Below, piece by piece: positions 49,429 through 63,136 of a stretch of 64,000 bases of DNA. The stretch spans positions 320,044,001-320,108,000 of the forward strand of contig OZ024743.1 of assembly GCA_964016885.1 (NCBI GenBank), in the 5' to 3' direction. A program made the position numbers and the translations under genes. Under the pieces are notes generated by a model. That model had not been told where the DNA came from and searched no databases. It worked only from the letters and a program-made list of their open reading frames with translations. Numbering within the stretch: the stretch's first letter is position 1; each line of letters begins with the position of its first letter. This DNA is from Eledone cirrhosa (lineage: Eukaryota).

Positions 49429-51866
49429 TGACAACAACCAGAAGATATTGTTTTGGCAGCTTGAAGGGAAAGAAAGAGGCAACGACTTGATCCCTGAGGC
49501 GGAACAGACTAAGACATTCTGGAGAGGAATATGGGAGCAGGATGTTGAACATAATGATGAGGCGGTGTAGATTGAGACAGTACAAAACAAGCACACCAAC
49601 AAACTGATTTAAGTATCACAGTTAAAACTTTTAAAGGACAGGCGAGAAAACTAACCAACTGGAAATCACCAGGCCCAGATGGTGTGCAGGGGTATTGGAT
49701 TAAAAATTTAACATCCCTCCACCTGAAACTGACAACCATGTTCAATGACTTCTTGATGTCGGGTGAGGTACCAGAGTGGTTGACAAAGGGTACCACAGTC
49801 CTGGTAATAAAAGACCAAATCAAGGATAATGATGTTACCAACTATAGACCTATCACATGTTATGTGGAAGCTGTTAACAAGCATTGTGTCTGAGGAAATC
49901 TACCATCACCTCCTCACAAACAACTTGTTACCGGACTAACAGAAAAGATGCCGAAAGAAGTCCCGTGGTACAAAAGACCAGCTACTTATTGATAAGATGG
50001 TAATGAGGAATTGTAAGAGGAGACACACTGGTCTTGCCAGGGGATGGATAGACTACAAAAAGGCATTCGACATGGTGCCTCATTCTTAGATAACCAAAAG
50101 CCTAGAGATCTTCAAAGTGGCAGATAACATCGGACAGTTGTGGAGCAAAAGTATGAAGTCCTCGGAAACAGAATTAACATCGGGTGGAGAATCCTTGGGA
50201 GGCGTGAAGATCAAGAGAGGTATCTTCCAGGGTGATAGTCTGTCCCCTCTGTTGTTTGTCCTTGCCCTGATATTCCTGGCCATTATACTGCGAAAAGTGA
50301 GAGTAGGATACAAGTTGGGAAAAGGAGATCTTATCATCAATCACCTCCTCTTCATGGACGATCTTAAACTCTTTGGGAAGAGTGAGAACGAGTTGGATGT
50401 ACTTGTTGACACTGTTCGTATTTTCAGCAATGATATATGTATGGAATTTGGTATTAATAAGTGTGGAGTCCTAGTGATGAGGAGGGGTAAATTGAGCAGA
50501 AGCAACGGGATCCAGGTACCAACAGGTGAGATGATAAAGGAAATTGACACTGAAGAAGAATACAAATATTTAGGTGTTCCGGAGGCAGATGACATCAAGA
50601 ACAAAAAGATGAAGGAATTTATAAGATCTGAGTACATTAGGAGAGTAAGGAGCGTATTAAAATCACGTCTAAATAGTAGGAATGTCATAAGTGCAGTAAT
50701 TTCCCGAGCTGTGTCTATTATTAGGTACAGGCTGGAATTCTGATATGGAATGTTGCTGAACACAAAGAAATGGATAGGAAGACTAGGAAGCTATTTACTA
50801 TCTACAATATGTTCCACAAGAGGAGTGATGTCGATAGACTCTACTTAAAGAGATCTGAAGGTGGAAGAGGTCTTATCAGCATAGAGGACTGTGTTCAGAT
50901 GGAGAAAAACATCCTGCACAAATACGTGACCGATAGTAGGGAGCCAATGCTCAGAACTGTACTGAAGGAGAAGACAATAGACCAGGGGATGTCCAAGGAG
51001 GAAATAAAAACAAGGAGGAAGACCAACTTTCATGAAAAATCCCTTCATAGTACCTTCTTTGAGAAAACTGAATTTAGAGATCCACAGACATGGAACTGGT
51101 TAAAAAGAGGAGACCTTAAAAAGGCTATAGAAGGAATACTAATGGCTGCACAAGAGCAGGGACTCAAAACGAAGTGGGTGAAACACCATATTTACAAGGA
51201 GGAGGCTAACCCACTGTGGAGGATCTGTGGAGAGAGAGAGAGGAGACTTTGGCTCACATTGTATCCGAGTGTAAACACCTAGCCCAGACTCACTATAAAT
51301 GCTGGAGACATGATGTGATGGGAAGTGTGATCCACTGGCACCTATGCAAGGTAAACAATTTACCACATTCTGAGAAGTGGTATGAGCATAAGCTAGAGTC
51401 GGTGATAGAAAACGATCAGGTGAAGATGCTGTGGGATTTTAGGATACAGACGGACCAGAAACTGGAACACAATAGACCTGACCTGGTGGTTTTGGACAAA
51501 GAAAAAAGATCGTGCCTGATTGTGGATGTGGCCTGCCCATTCGACACGAGAGTGCAAGAGAAGGAGAGGGAGAAAATTAACCGATACCAGGACTTAAAGT
51601 CGGAGGTAAAAAGGATTTGGAACTGCCATCAAGTCAGAGTCGTCCGATTGTCATAGGCGCACTAGGTACTATCTCAAAGAGTTTCCAAGTATGGTTAAAG
51701 AAAGTTAGTCCAGCCCCGCCTTTTGGAACACTTCAAAAGGCATGCTTTCTGGGAACAGCAAGAACCCTCCGATACGTCCTGAATATCTGAGGCTGCAGGT
51801 GGCGTCTTGATATTCATTACAACAAACTTTCCAGTTAAATAACATCAATGACTGAGACTCAAAGAA
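49429..51866 (+). mobile_element. R4/Dong-clade RLE retrotransposon, copy 1 (5'-truncated, most degraded)
   Basis: [24 protein letters not shown]...DVACP fragments; followed by (AAT)n at 51867-51935. Confidence 0.9.
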
Positions 51867-51867
51867 C

Positions 51868-51910
<43 letters not shown>

Positions 51911-51935
51911 TTAATAATAATAATAATAATAATAA

Positions 51936-54869
51936 CAAAATATATAAATAGACTGAATTGATGATACGGTCAAATAAAAAAAACAAAAATCAAAATCAAA
52001 GCAGCTCAGGAACAACGAAAAACGTAAAGAAAATAAAAATGAAGAGAAAAAGAAACAACAGCTAAGGTAAACAAAGTCATCCCACACATTGAGGCGAGGA
52101 GCCTTCACCAGTGCAACAATATCCTCAAAGCAACAGCAAATACGTGAGGAAACTACTTGGTATAAAAGCGAGAGGAAACAACAGACAAGAAAGAGCAGAG
52201 CCTTGGTGGAAGAAACGACTAAGTGGTCAAATCAAGGAAATGAGAAATCACATAGGAAAGCTTGAGTCACTACAGAATGGGACACTAAAAAACATAGGCA
52301 CTAAAAATAGACTGGAAATAAAGTACAAAACTAGGAGGAAAAAGCTAAATATTATCATAGAGGAACTGAAGCAACGCATTGTAGCAAAGAGTGCAAAAAT
52401 CAGGCGATACGAGAACAGAGTGTTCGACAACAACCAGAAGATGCTGTTTGAACAGCTTGAGGGGAAAGAAAGAGGCAACGACTTGATCCCTGAGGCGGAA
52501 CAAACTAAAACATTCTGGAGAGGAATATGGGAACAGGATGTTAGACATAATGACCAGGCAGGGTGGATTGAGACAGTAAAGAGGGAGATCGGTGAGCAGG
52601 CACACCAACAAACTGATTTGAGTATCACAGTTGAAACTCTTAAGGAGAAGGCAAAAAAACTAACCAACTGGAAATCACCAGGCCCAGATGGTGTGCAGGG
52701 GTATTGGATTAAAAATGTAACATCCCTCCACCCGAACTGACGGCCATGTTCAATGACTGCTTGGTGTCGGGTGAGGTGCCAGAGTGGTTGACAAAAGGTA
52801 CCATAGTTCTGATAATGAAAGACCAAATCAAGGGTAATGATGTTACCAACTATAGACCTATCACATGTCTGTCCGTAATGTGGAAACTGTTGACGAGCAT
52901 TGTGTCTGAGGAAATCTACCATCACCTCCACACAAACAACTTGTTACCGGACGAACAGAAAGGATGCCGAAAGAAGTCACGTGATACAAAGGACCAGTTA
53001 CTTATTGATAAGATGGTAATGGGGAATTGCAGGAGGAGACATACTGATCTTGCCATGGGATGGATAGACTACAAAAAGGCATTTGACATGGTGCCTCATT
53101 CTTGGATTACCAAAAGCCTGGAGATCTTCAAGGTGGCAGATAACATCAGACAGTTGTTGGGCAGAAGTATGAAGTCCTGGGAAACAGAGTTAACATCAAC
53201 TGGAGAATCCTTGCGAAGCGTGATGTTCAAGAGAGGTATCTTCCAGGGAGATAGTCTGTCCCCTCTGTTGTTTGTCCTTGCCCTGATGCCCCTGACCAGT
53301 GTACTGCGAAAAGTGAGAGCAGGATACAGGTTGAGAAAGGGAGGGCTTACCATCAATCAGCTCCTCTTCATGGACGATCTTAAGCTCTTCGGGAAGAGTG
53401 AGAAGGAGTTCGATGTGCTTGTTGACACTGTCCGTATTTTCAGCAATGATATATGTATGCAATTTGGTATTAGTAAGTGTGGAGTCATTGTGATGAGGAG
53501 GGGTAAGTTGAGCAGAAGTAACGGAATTCAGATACCAACAGGTGAGATGATAAAGGAAATTCACTCTGAGGAGGGATACAAGTATTTGGGCGTTCTGGAG
53601 GCTGATGACATCAAGAACAAAAAAATGAAGGAATTGATAAGAGCTGAATACCTTCGGAGAGTAAGGAGTGTATTAAAGTCACATCTGAACAGTAGGAATG
53701 CCATAAGTGCAGTAATTTCCCGAGCTGTGTCTATTATTAGGTACAGTGCGGGAATTCTGAGATGGAATGTTGCTGAACAAAAAGAAATGGATAGGAAGAC
53801 TAGGAAGCTATTCACTATCTACAATATGTTCCACAAGAGGAGTGATGTCGATAGACTCTACTTAAGGAGATCTGAGGGTGGAAGAGGTCTTATCAGCATA
53901 GAGGACTGTGTTCAGATGGAGAAAAACAACCTACACAAATACGTGACAGATAGTAAGGAGCCAATGCTCAGAACTGTACTGAAGGAGGAGACAATAGGCC
54001 AGGGGATGTCCAAGGAGGAAATAACATCAAGGAGAAAGAACAGCCTTCAGGAAAAATCCCTTCATAGTACCTTCTTTGAGAGAACTGAATTTAGAGATCC
54101 ACAGACATGGAACTGGTTGAAAAGAGGAGACCTTAAAAAGGCTACAGAAGGAATGTTAATGGCTGCGCAGGAGCAGGCGCTCAAAACGAAGTGGTTGAAA
54201 CACCATATTTAGAAGGAGGAGGCTAGCCCACTGTGCAGGATCTGTGGAGAGAGAGAGGAGACTGTGGCTCACGTTGTATCCGAGTGTAAACACCTAGCCC
54301 AGACCCACTATAAGGGCTGGAGACATGATGTGATGGGCTGGGTGATCCACTGGCACCTATGCAAAGTAAACAATTTACCACATTCTGAGAAGTGGTATGA
54401 GCATAAGCCAGAGGCGGTGATAGAAAACGATCAGGTGAAGGTGCTGTGGGATTTTAGGACAAGAAACTGGAACACAATAGACCTGACCTGCTGGTTTTGG
54501 ACAAAGAAAAAAGATCGTGCCTGATTGTGGATGTGGCCTGCCCATTGACACGAGAGTGCAAGAGAAGGAGAGGGAGAAAATTAACCGATACCAGGACTTA
54601 AAGTGAGAGGTAAAAAGGATTTGGAACTGCCATGAAGTCAAAGTGATCCCGATTGTCATAGGCGCACTAGGGACTATCTCAAAAAGTTTCCAGGGATGGT
54701 TAAAGAAAATTGGCCCCTTCACACTTTTTGGAACGCTTCAAAAGGCATGCTTGCTGGGAACAGCAAGAACCCTACGATACGTCCTGAATATCTGAGGCTG
54801 CAGGTAGTGGCTTGATATTCATTTCAACAAACTTTCCAGTTAACTAACATCAATGACTGAGACTCAAAT
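51936..54869 (+). mobile_element. R4/Dong copy 2 (5'-truncated, internally deleted, several stops)
   Basis: 51936-52050 matches 55563-55710, then jumps to the equivalent of ~56607. RT ORF 52746-54212; (AAT)n at 54870-54942. Confidence 0.9.
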
Positions 54870-54878
54870 AGTAATAAC

Positions 54879-54942
<64 letters not shown>

Positions 54943-54943
<1 letters not shown>

Positions 54944-57900
54944 GGGAAGAAGACGCACGAGGTGACGGAGGTCATGAAATCGCTCCCGTAAGTTTTGAAT
55001 TTTTAACATATTTAAATCATTTGTGAAATAACAACTCTTAGTACAAATTCTACGTAAAGCACCCGGCTTCAGCCCCAAAAAAATTCGGACCCAAAATATA
55101 TTGTTATAAGGCTCAAATATTCAAATATTCAACTTTGTAATGTACACTGTATATCCAAAAAAAAAATGGCTATAAATGGAAGAAGAAGAACCCCCCCCCT
55201 CCTCTCCTCTGGCTACACTATATAGGACAGCTAAACTCACCAACACCAGAAACTAGATACACCACCCACCCCATCATCTGTGTACACTAAACACAACAGC
55301 ATTTTCACCTTCACCGCCACCGCTCACTACGGCCATCATTACCACCACTATCCCATCACCGCCGCCACCACCCCTTGACTCCTTCACTGCTGCTGCCACC
55401 GCTACAGCACCATCACTACAGTAATACGGTCGCATCACCGCCACCACTGCCTCGGTATCGACATCACCACCACCACTGTCTCAGTATCGCCAACGCCGCC
55501 AGTCTCTGCTGGCTACCACTTCCACATTATAGAATTCCTACTACTAACAAAGAGGAAGGCATCAAAATATATAGATAGACTCAAAAGAAAAAAGAAAAAA
55601 CAAACAACAAAAGCAGCACAGCAACAACAGTAAAAAACGAGAAAAACAGAGAAAAACAAAAACAAAAAAAGAAACCCCCAAAACGTAAAGAAAATAAGAA
55701 TGAAGAGAGAAGCAGGCGGACGGACAGAGAAGAGGGGGGGAAAAGTAAAACTTAAAAAACAAAAACTAAGTCAGACATTCGAATACTACATTACAATGAA
55801 ACTTATGCTTATTCATTTTTGGGGCCCTTTCTGCCCGTGTGTTTGTTTGTTTATGTGTGTCCGTATACAGCGTGGTGATAATGCCACACAAGGGCCAAGT
55901 GGGATGGCGGATCCACAGATGGCTATGTAAACATACATTCGCCAATCCTCGATAAGAGTGTTTAAATATCGAACATAAACAGTTCGAATAACGGTGAAAT
56001 GGAGACTAGAACGTCATGTGACAGACTCTCACCCAACAGGTGCCCCCTGCCTCAGCAGCAGGAGCCTGACTGTCAACCAAATACTGCTGATGTTGGAGGA
56101 AGAAGAAGAAGGAAAGGGGCCAGAACCAACTGGACGAAAGAATTGAATAGAACTGTTATGCAATGCTACCTGAAAAGTAACCCCAAGGAGAGGGGCTACA
56201 GGAGACGGATGCATAACATCTGGAACGAGATTGGTTTATTTAAATTAGATGAACAAAAATTGGCCGGCCAGGCTCGGGTAATAAGAACTAATGGGTGGAT
56301 AAGCGAGCTGGAACTGGAGGAACTGAGCAGAGAGAATGGCTTGGAGATGGCGGGTGTAGTATGCCAGACAAGCGAGCCGGCGGGAAATGAAGGTGAGGCG
56401 GTCCTGAGAACGGAGGAACCACCCGAAGCAGACAATGATCTGAATACTGAGATAAATAATACCTGGAACAGAGATACGGCCACTGAGGAGATGAATGCTG
56501 ACGGGCTAGGACAAGATTCGGTTGACATCCTAAATTTAGTGGTAGATGAGTTGAACAATGATAGTGGGAGACCTATGAACCTAAGATTTGTAGACAGGAA
56601 AAAGTTAAAAGAAACAACAGCTAAGGTAAACAAAGTCATCCCATACCTTGAGGCGAGGAGTCTTCACCAGTGCAACAATATCCTCAAAGCAACAGCAAAT
56701 ACGGTGAGGAAACTACTTGGTATAAAAGCGAGAGGAAACAACAGACAAGAAAGAGCAGAGCCGTGGTGGAAGAAGCGACTGAGTGGGCAAATCGGGGAAA
56801 TGAGAAATGACATAGGAAAGCTTGAGTCACTACTGAATGGGACACTAAAAAACATAGGCACTAAAAATAGACTGGAAATAAAATACAAAACTAGGAGTAA
56901 AAAGCTAAATATTATCATAGAGGAATTGAAGCAACGCATTGTAGCAAAGAGTGCCAAAATCAGGCGATACGAGAACAGAGTCAGTCAGTATAAACAGAAC
57001 CGCATGTTCGACAACAACCAGAAGATGCTGTTTGGACAGCTTGAGGGGAAAGAAAGAGGCAACGACTTGATCCCTGGGGCGGAACAAGCTAAAACATTCT
57101 GGAGAGGAATATGGGAGCAGGATGTTAGACACAATGCCCAGGCAGGGTGGATTGAGACAGTACAGAGGGAGATCGGTGAGCAGGCACAGCAACAGACTGA
57201 TTTGAGTATCACAGTTGAAACTCTTAAGGGGCAAGCCAAAAAACTAACCAACTGGAAATCACCAGGCCCAGATGGTGTGCAGGGGTATTGGATTAAACAT
57301 TTAACATCCCTCCACCCGAAGCTGACGGCCATGTTCAATGACTGTTTGGTGTCGGGTGAGGTGCCAGAGTGGTTGACAAAAGGTACCACAGTTCTGATAA
57401 TGAAAGACCGAATCAAGGGTAATGATGTTACCAACTATAGACCTATCACATGTCTGCCCGTAATGTGGAAACTGTTGACGAGCATTGTGTCTGAGGAAAT
57501 CTACCATCACCTCCACACAAACAACTTGTTGCCGGACGAACAGAAAGGATGCCGAAAGAAGTCACGTGGTACAAAGGACCAGTTGCTTATTGATAAGATG
57601 GTAATGGGGAATTGCAGGAGGAGACACACTGATCTTGCCATGGGATGGATAGACTACAGAAAGGCATTTGACATGGTGCCTCATTCCTGGATCACCAAAA
57701 GCCTGGAGATCTTCAGGGTGGCAGATAACATCAGACAGTTGCTGGGCAGGAGTATGGGGTCCTGGGAGACAGAGTTGACATCAACTGGAGTATCCTTGGG
57801 AAGCGTGAAGATCAAGAGAGGTATCTTCCAGGGAGATAGCCTGTCCCCTCTGTTGTTTGTCCTTGCCCTGATGCCCTTGACCATTATGCTGCGAAAAGTG

Positions 57901-59464
57901 AGAGCAGGATACAAGTTGGGAAGGGGAGAGCTTACCATCAATCACCTCCTCTTCATGGACGATCTTAAGCTCTTCGGGAAAAGTGAGAAGGAGTTGGATG
58001 TGCTTGTTGACACTGTCCGTATTTTCAGCAGTGATATATGTATGCAGTTTGGTATTGGTAAATGTGGAGTCATTGTGATGAGGAGGGGTAGGTTGAGCAG
58101 AAGTAACGGGATCCAGATACCAACAGGTGAGATGATAAAGGAAATTGACTCTGAGGAAGGATACAAGTATTTGGGCGTTCTGGAGGCTGATGGCATAAAG
58201 AACAAAAAAATGAAGGAATTGTTAAGAACTGAATACATTCGGAGAGTAAGGAGCGTATTGAAGTCACATCTGAACAGCAGAAATGCCATAAGCGCAGTAA
58301 ATTCCCGAGCTGTGTCTATTATTAGGTACAGTGCGGGAATTCTGAGATGGAATGTTGCTGAACAAAAAGAAATGGATAGGAAGACTAGGAAGCTATTGAC
58401 TATCTACAACATGTTCCACAAGAGGAGTGATGTCGATAGACTCTACCTAAGGAGATCTGAGGGTGGAAGGGGTCTTATCAGCATAGAGGACTGTGTTCAG
58501 ATGGAGAAAAACAACCTATACAAATACGTGACCTATAGTAAGGAGCCAATGCTCAGAGCTGTACTGAAGGAGGGGACAGTAGGCTAGGGGATACCCAAGG
58601 AGGAAATAACATCAAGGAGGAAGAGCAGCCTTAAGGGAAAATCCCTTCATAGTACCTTCTTTGAGAAAACTGAATTTAGAGACCCACAGACATGGAACTG
58701 GTTGAGAAGAGGAGACCTCAAAAAGGCTACAGAAGGAATGCTAATGGCTGCGCAGGAGCAGGCCCTCAAAACGAAGTGGTTGAAGCACCATATCTACAAG
58801 GAGGAGACTAGCCCACTGTGCAGGATCTGTGGAGAGAGAGAGGAGACTGTGGCTCACATTGTGTCCGAGTGTAAACACCTAGCCCAGACCCACTATAAGG
58901 GCTGGAGACACGATGTGATGGGCAGAGTGGTCCACTGGCACCTGTGCAAAGTAAACAATCTACCACATTCTGAGAAATGGTATGAGCATAGGCCAGAGGC
59001 GGTGATGGAGAACAGTCAGGTGAAGGTGCTGTGGGATTTTAGGATACAGACGGACAAAAAACTGGAACACAATAGACCTGACCTGGTGGTTGTGGACAAA
59101 GAAAAAAGATCGTGCCTGATTGTGGATGTGGCCTGCCCGTTCGACACGAGAGTGCAAGAGAAGGAGAGGGAGAAAATTAACCGATACCAGGACCTAAAGT
59201 GGGAGGTGAAAAGGATTTGGAACTGCCATGAAGTCAACGTGATCCCGATTGTCATAGGCGCACTGGGGACTATCTCCAAAGGTTTCCAGGGATGGTTAAA
59301 GAAAATCGGCCCCTTCACGTTTTTGGAACGCTTCAAAAGGCATGCTTGCTTGGAACGGCAAGAACCCTCCGATACGTCCTGAATATCTGAGGCTGCAGGT
59401 AGTGGCTTGATATTCAATCCAACGGACTTTCCAGTTAACCAACTTCAATGACTGAGATTCAAGG
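54943..59464 (+). mobile_element. R4/Dong copy 3, probably full length with a ~1 kb 5' UTR
   Basis: ORF 55999-58587 plus 58702-59382 in the same frame (TAG at 58585 where copy 4 has CAG); (AAT)n at both ends. Confidence 0.9.
55999..59382 (+). pseudogene. Dong/R4 ORF (Myb-like, RT, CCHC, RLE) with one nonsense codon and a terminal frameshift
   Basis: RTNWTKELNRTVMQCY; KSPGPDG; [13 protein letters not shown]; FMDD; CRICGEREETVAHIVSEC; RHD; NRPD...DVACP...K. Confidence 0.9.
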
Positions 59465-59482
59465 AATAACAATAACAATATA

Positions 59483-59520
<38 letters not shown>

Positions 59521-59521
<1 letters not shown>

Positions 59522-62500
59522 TCCACACAAGGGCCAAGTGGAATGGCGGATCCACAGATGGATATGTAACCATACATTCGCCAATCCTTGATAAGAGTGT
59601 TTAAATATCGAACATAAACAGTTCGAATAACGGTGAAATGGAGACTAGAACGTCATGTGACAGACTCTCACCCAGCAGGTGCCCCCTGGCTCAGCAGCAG
59701 GAACCTGACTGTCAACCAAATACTGCTGATGTTGGAGGAAGGAGAAGAAGGAAAGGGGCCAGAACCAACTGGACGAAAGAATTGAATAGAACTGTTATGC
59801 AATGTTACCTGAAAAGTAACCCCAAGGAGAGGGGCTACAGGAGACGGATGCATAACATCTGGAACGAGATTGGTTTATTTAAATTAGATGAACAAAAATT
59901 GGCCGGGCAGGCTCGGGTAATAAGAACTAATGGATGGATAAGCGAGCTGGAACTGGAGGAACTGAGCAGAGAGAATGGCTTGGAGATGGCGGGTGTAGTA
60001 TGCCAGACAAGCGAGCCAGTGGGAAATGAAGGTGAAGAGGTCCTGAGAACGGAGGAACCACCCGAAGCAGACAATGATCTGAATACTGAGATAAATAATA
60101 CCTGGAACAGAGATACGGCCACTGAGGAGATGAATGCTGACGGGCTAGGACAAGATTCGGTTGACATCCAAAATTTAGTGGTAGATGAATTGAACAATGA
60201 TAGTGGGAGACCTATGAACCTAAGATTTGTAGACAGGAAAAAGTTAAAAGAAACAACAGCTAAGGTAAACAAAGTCATCCCATACCTTGAGGCGAGGAGC
60301 CTTCACCAGTGCAACAATATCCTCAAAGCAACAGCAAATACGGTGAGGAAACAACTTGGTATAAAAGCGAGAGGAAACAACAGACAAGAAAGAGCAGAGC
60401 CGTGGTGGAAGAAGCGACTGAGTGGGCAAATCGGGGAAATGAGAAATGACATAGGAAAGCTTGAGTCACTACTGAATGGGACACTAAAAAACATAGGCAC
60501 TAAAAATAGACTGGAAATAAAATACAAAACTAGGAGGAAAAAGCTAAATATTATCATAGAGGAACTGAAGCAACGCATTGTAGCAAAGAGTGCAAAAATC
60601 AGGCGATACGAGAACAGAGTCAGTCAGTATAAACAGAACCGCATGTTCGACAACAACCAGAAGATGCTGTTTGGACAGCTTGAGGGGAAAGAAAGAGGCA
60701 ACGACTTGATCCCTGGGGCGGAGCAAACTAAAACGTTCTGGAGAGGAATATGGGAGCAGGATGTTAGACACAATGCCCAGGCAGGGTGGATTGAGACAGT
60801 ACAGAGGGAGATCGGTGAGCAGGCACAACAACAAACTGATTTGAGTATCACAGTTGAAACTCTTAAGGGGCAGGCCAAAAAACTAACCAACTGGAAATCA
60901 CCAGGCCCAGATGGTGTGCAGGGGTATTGGATTAAACATTTAACATCCCTCCACCTGAAGCTGACGGCCATGTTCAATGACTGCTTGGTGTGGGGTGAGG
61001 TGCCAGATTGGTTGACAAAAGGTACCACAGTTCTGATAATGAAAGACCGAATCAAGGGTAATGATGTTACCAACTATAGACCTATCACATGTCTGTCCGT
61101 AATGTGGAAACTGTTGACGAGCATTGTGTCTGAGGAAATCTACCATCACCTCCACACAAACAACTTGTTACCGGACGAACAGAAAGGATGCCGAAAGAAG
61201 TCACGTGATACAAAGGACCAGTTACTTATTGATAAGATGGTAATGGGGAATTGCAGGAGGAGACACACTGATCTTGCCATGGGATGGATAGACTACAGAA
61301 AGGCATTTGACATGGTGCCTCATTCCTGGATCACCAAAAGCCTGGAGATCTTCAGGGTGGCAGATAACATCAGACAGTTGCTAGGCAGGAGTATGGGGTC
61401 CTGGGAGACAGAGTTGACATCAACTGGAGTATCCTTGGGAAGCGTGAAGATCAAGAGAGGTATCTTCCAGGGAGATAGCCTGTCCCCTCTGTTGTTTGTC
61501 CTTGCCCTGATGCCCTTGACCATTATGCTGCGAAAAGTGAGAGCAGGATACAAGTTGGGAAGGGGAGAGCTTACCATCAATCACCTCCTCTTCATGGACG
61601 ATCTTAAGCTCTTCGGGAAAAGTGAGAAGGAGTTGGATGTGCTTGTTGACACTGTCCGTATTTTCAGCAATGATATATGTATGCAGTTTGGTATTGGTAA
61701 ATGTGGAGTCATTGTGATGAAGAGGGGTAGGTTGAGCAGAAGTAACGGGATCCAGATACCAACAGGTGAGATGATAAAGGAAATTGACTCTGAGGAAGGA
61801 TACAAGTATTTGGGCGTTCTGGAGGCTGATGGCATAAAGAACAAAAAAATGAAGGAATTGTTAAGAACTGAATACATTCGGAGAGTAAGGAGCGTATTTA
61901 AGTCACATCTGAACAGCAGAAATGCCATAAGCGCAGTAAATTCCCGAGCTGTGTCTATTATTAGGTACAGTGCGGGAATACTGAGATGGAATGCTGCTGA
62001 ACAAAAAGAAATGGATAGGAAGACTAGGAAGCTATTGACTATCTACAACATGTTCCACAAGAGGATTGATGTCGATAGACTCTACCTAAGGAGATCTGAG
62101 GGTGGAAGAGGTCTTATCAGCATAGAGGACTGTGTTCAGATGGAGAAAAACAACCTATACAAATACGTGACCTATAGTAAGGAGCCAATGCTCAGAACTG
62201 TACTGAAGGAGGGGACAGTAGGCCAGGGGATGTCCAAGGAGGAAATAACATCAAGGAGGAAGTGCAGCCTTAAGGGAAAATCCCTTCATAGTACCTTCTT
62301 TGAGAAAACTGAATTTAGAGATCCACAGACATGGAACTGGTTGAGAAGAGGAGACCTCAAAAAGGCTACAGAAGGAATGCTAATGGCTGCGCAGGAGCAG
62401 GCCCTCAAAACGAAGTGGTTGAAGCACCATATCTACAAGGAGGAGGCTAGCCCACTGTGCAGGATCTGTGGAGAGAGAGAGGAGACTGTGGCTCACATTG

Positions 62501-63105
62501 TGTCCGAGTGTAAACACCTAGCCCAGACCCACTATAAGGGCTGGAGACACGATGTGATGGGCAGAGTGGTCCACTGGCACCTGTGCAAAGTAAACAATTT
62601 ACCACATTCTGAGAAATGGTATGAGCATAGGCCAGAGGCGGTGATGGAGAACAATCAGGTGAAGGTGCTGTGGGATTTTAGGATACAGACGGACAAAAAA
62701 TGGAACACAATAGACCTGACCTGGTGGTTGTGGACAAAGAAAAAAGATCGTGTCTGATTGTGGATGTGGCCTGCCCGTTCGACACGAGAGTGCAAGAGAA
62801 GGAGAGGGAGAAAATTAACCGATACCAGGACCTAAAGTGGGAGGTGAAAAGGATTTGGAACTGCCATGAAGTCAAAGTGATCCCGATTGTCATAGGCGCA
62901 CTGGGGACTATCTCCAAAAGTTTCCAGGGATGGTTAAAGAAAATCGGCCCCTTCACGCTTTTTGGAACGCTTCAAAAGGCATGCTTGCTTGGAACAGCAA
63001 GAACCCTCCGATAGGTCCTGAATATCTGAGGCTGCAGGTAGTGGCTTGATATTCAATCCAACGGACTTTCCAGTTAACCAACATCAATGACTGAGATTCA
63101 AGGAA
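59521..63105 (+). mobile_element. R4/Dong copy 4 (complete ORF span, 117 nt of 5' UTR)
   Basis: Starts ttccacacaagggcc directly after (AAT)n; ends ...gagattcaagg then (AAT)n. Confidence 0.93.
59638..63014 (+). CDS. Dong/R4 RT-RLE polyprotein, 1039 aa open, then a 1-nt frameshift at ~62700 before the PD-(D/E)xK motif
   Basis: ORF 59638-62757 continues in 62700-63014 (HNRPD...DVACP). aaaaaatgg here versus aaaaaactgg in copy 3. Confidence 0.85.
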
Positions 63106-63136
63106 TAACAACAATAATAATAATAATAATAATAAT

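Noticed and set aside
55820-55950. HDV-like ribozyme at the Dong 5' end
   Set aside because: Hairpins exist, but I could not assign the nested P1/P1.1/P2/P3/P4 pseudoknot by eye.
49285-62956. Recurrent antisense ORFs over the Dong and Tx1 copies
   Set aside because: Shadow frames of the retroelement ORFs, repeated only because the elements are repeated.
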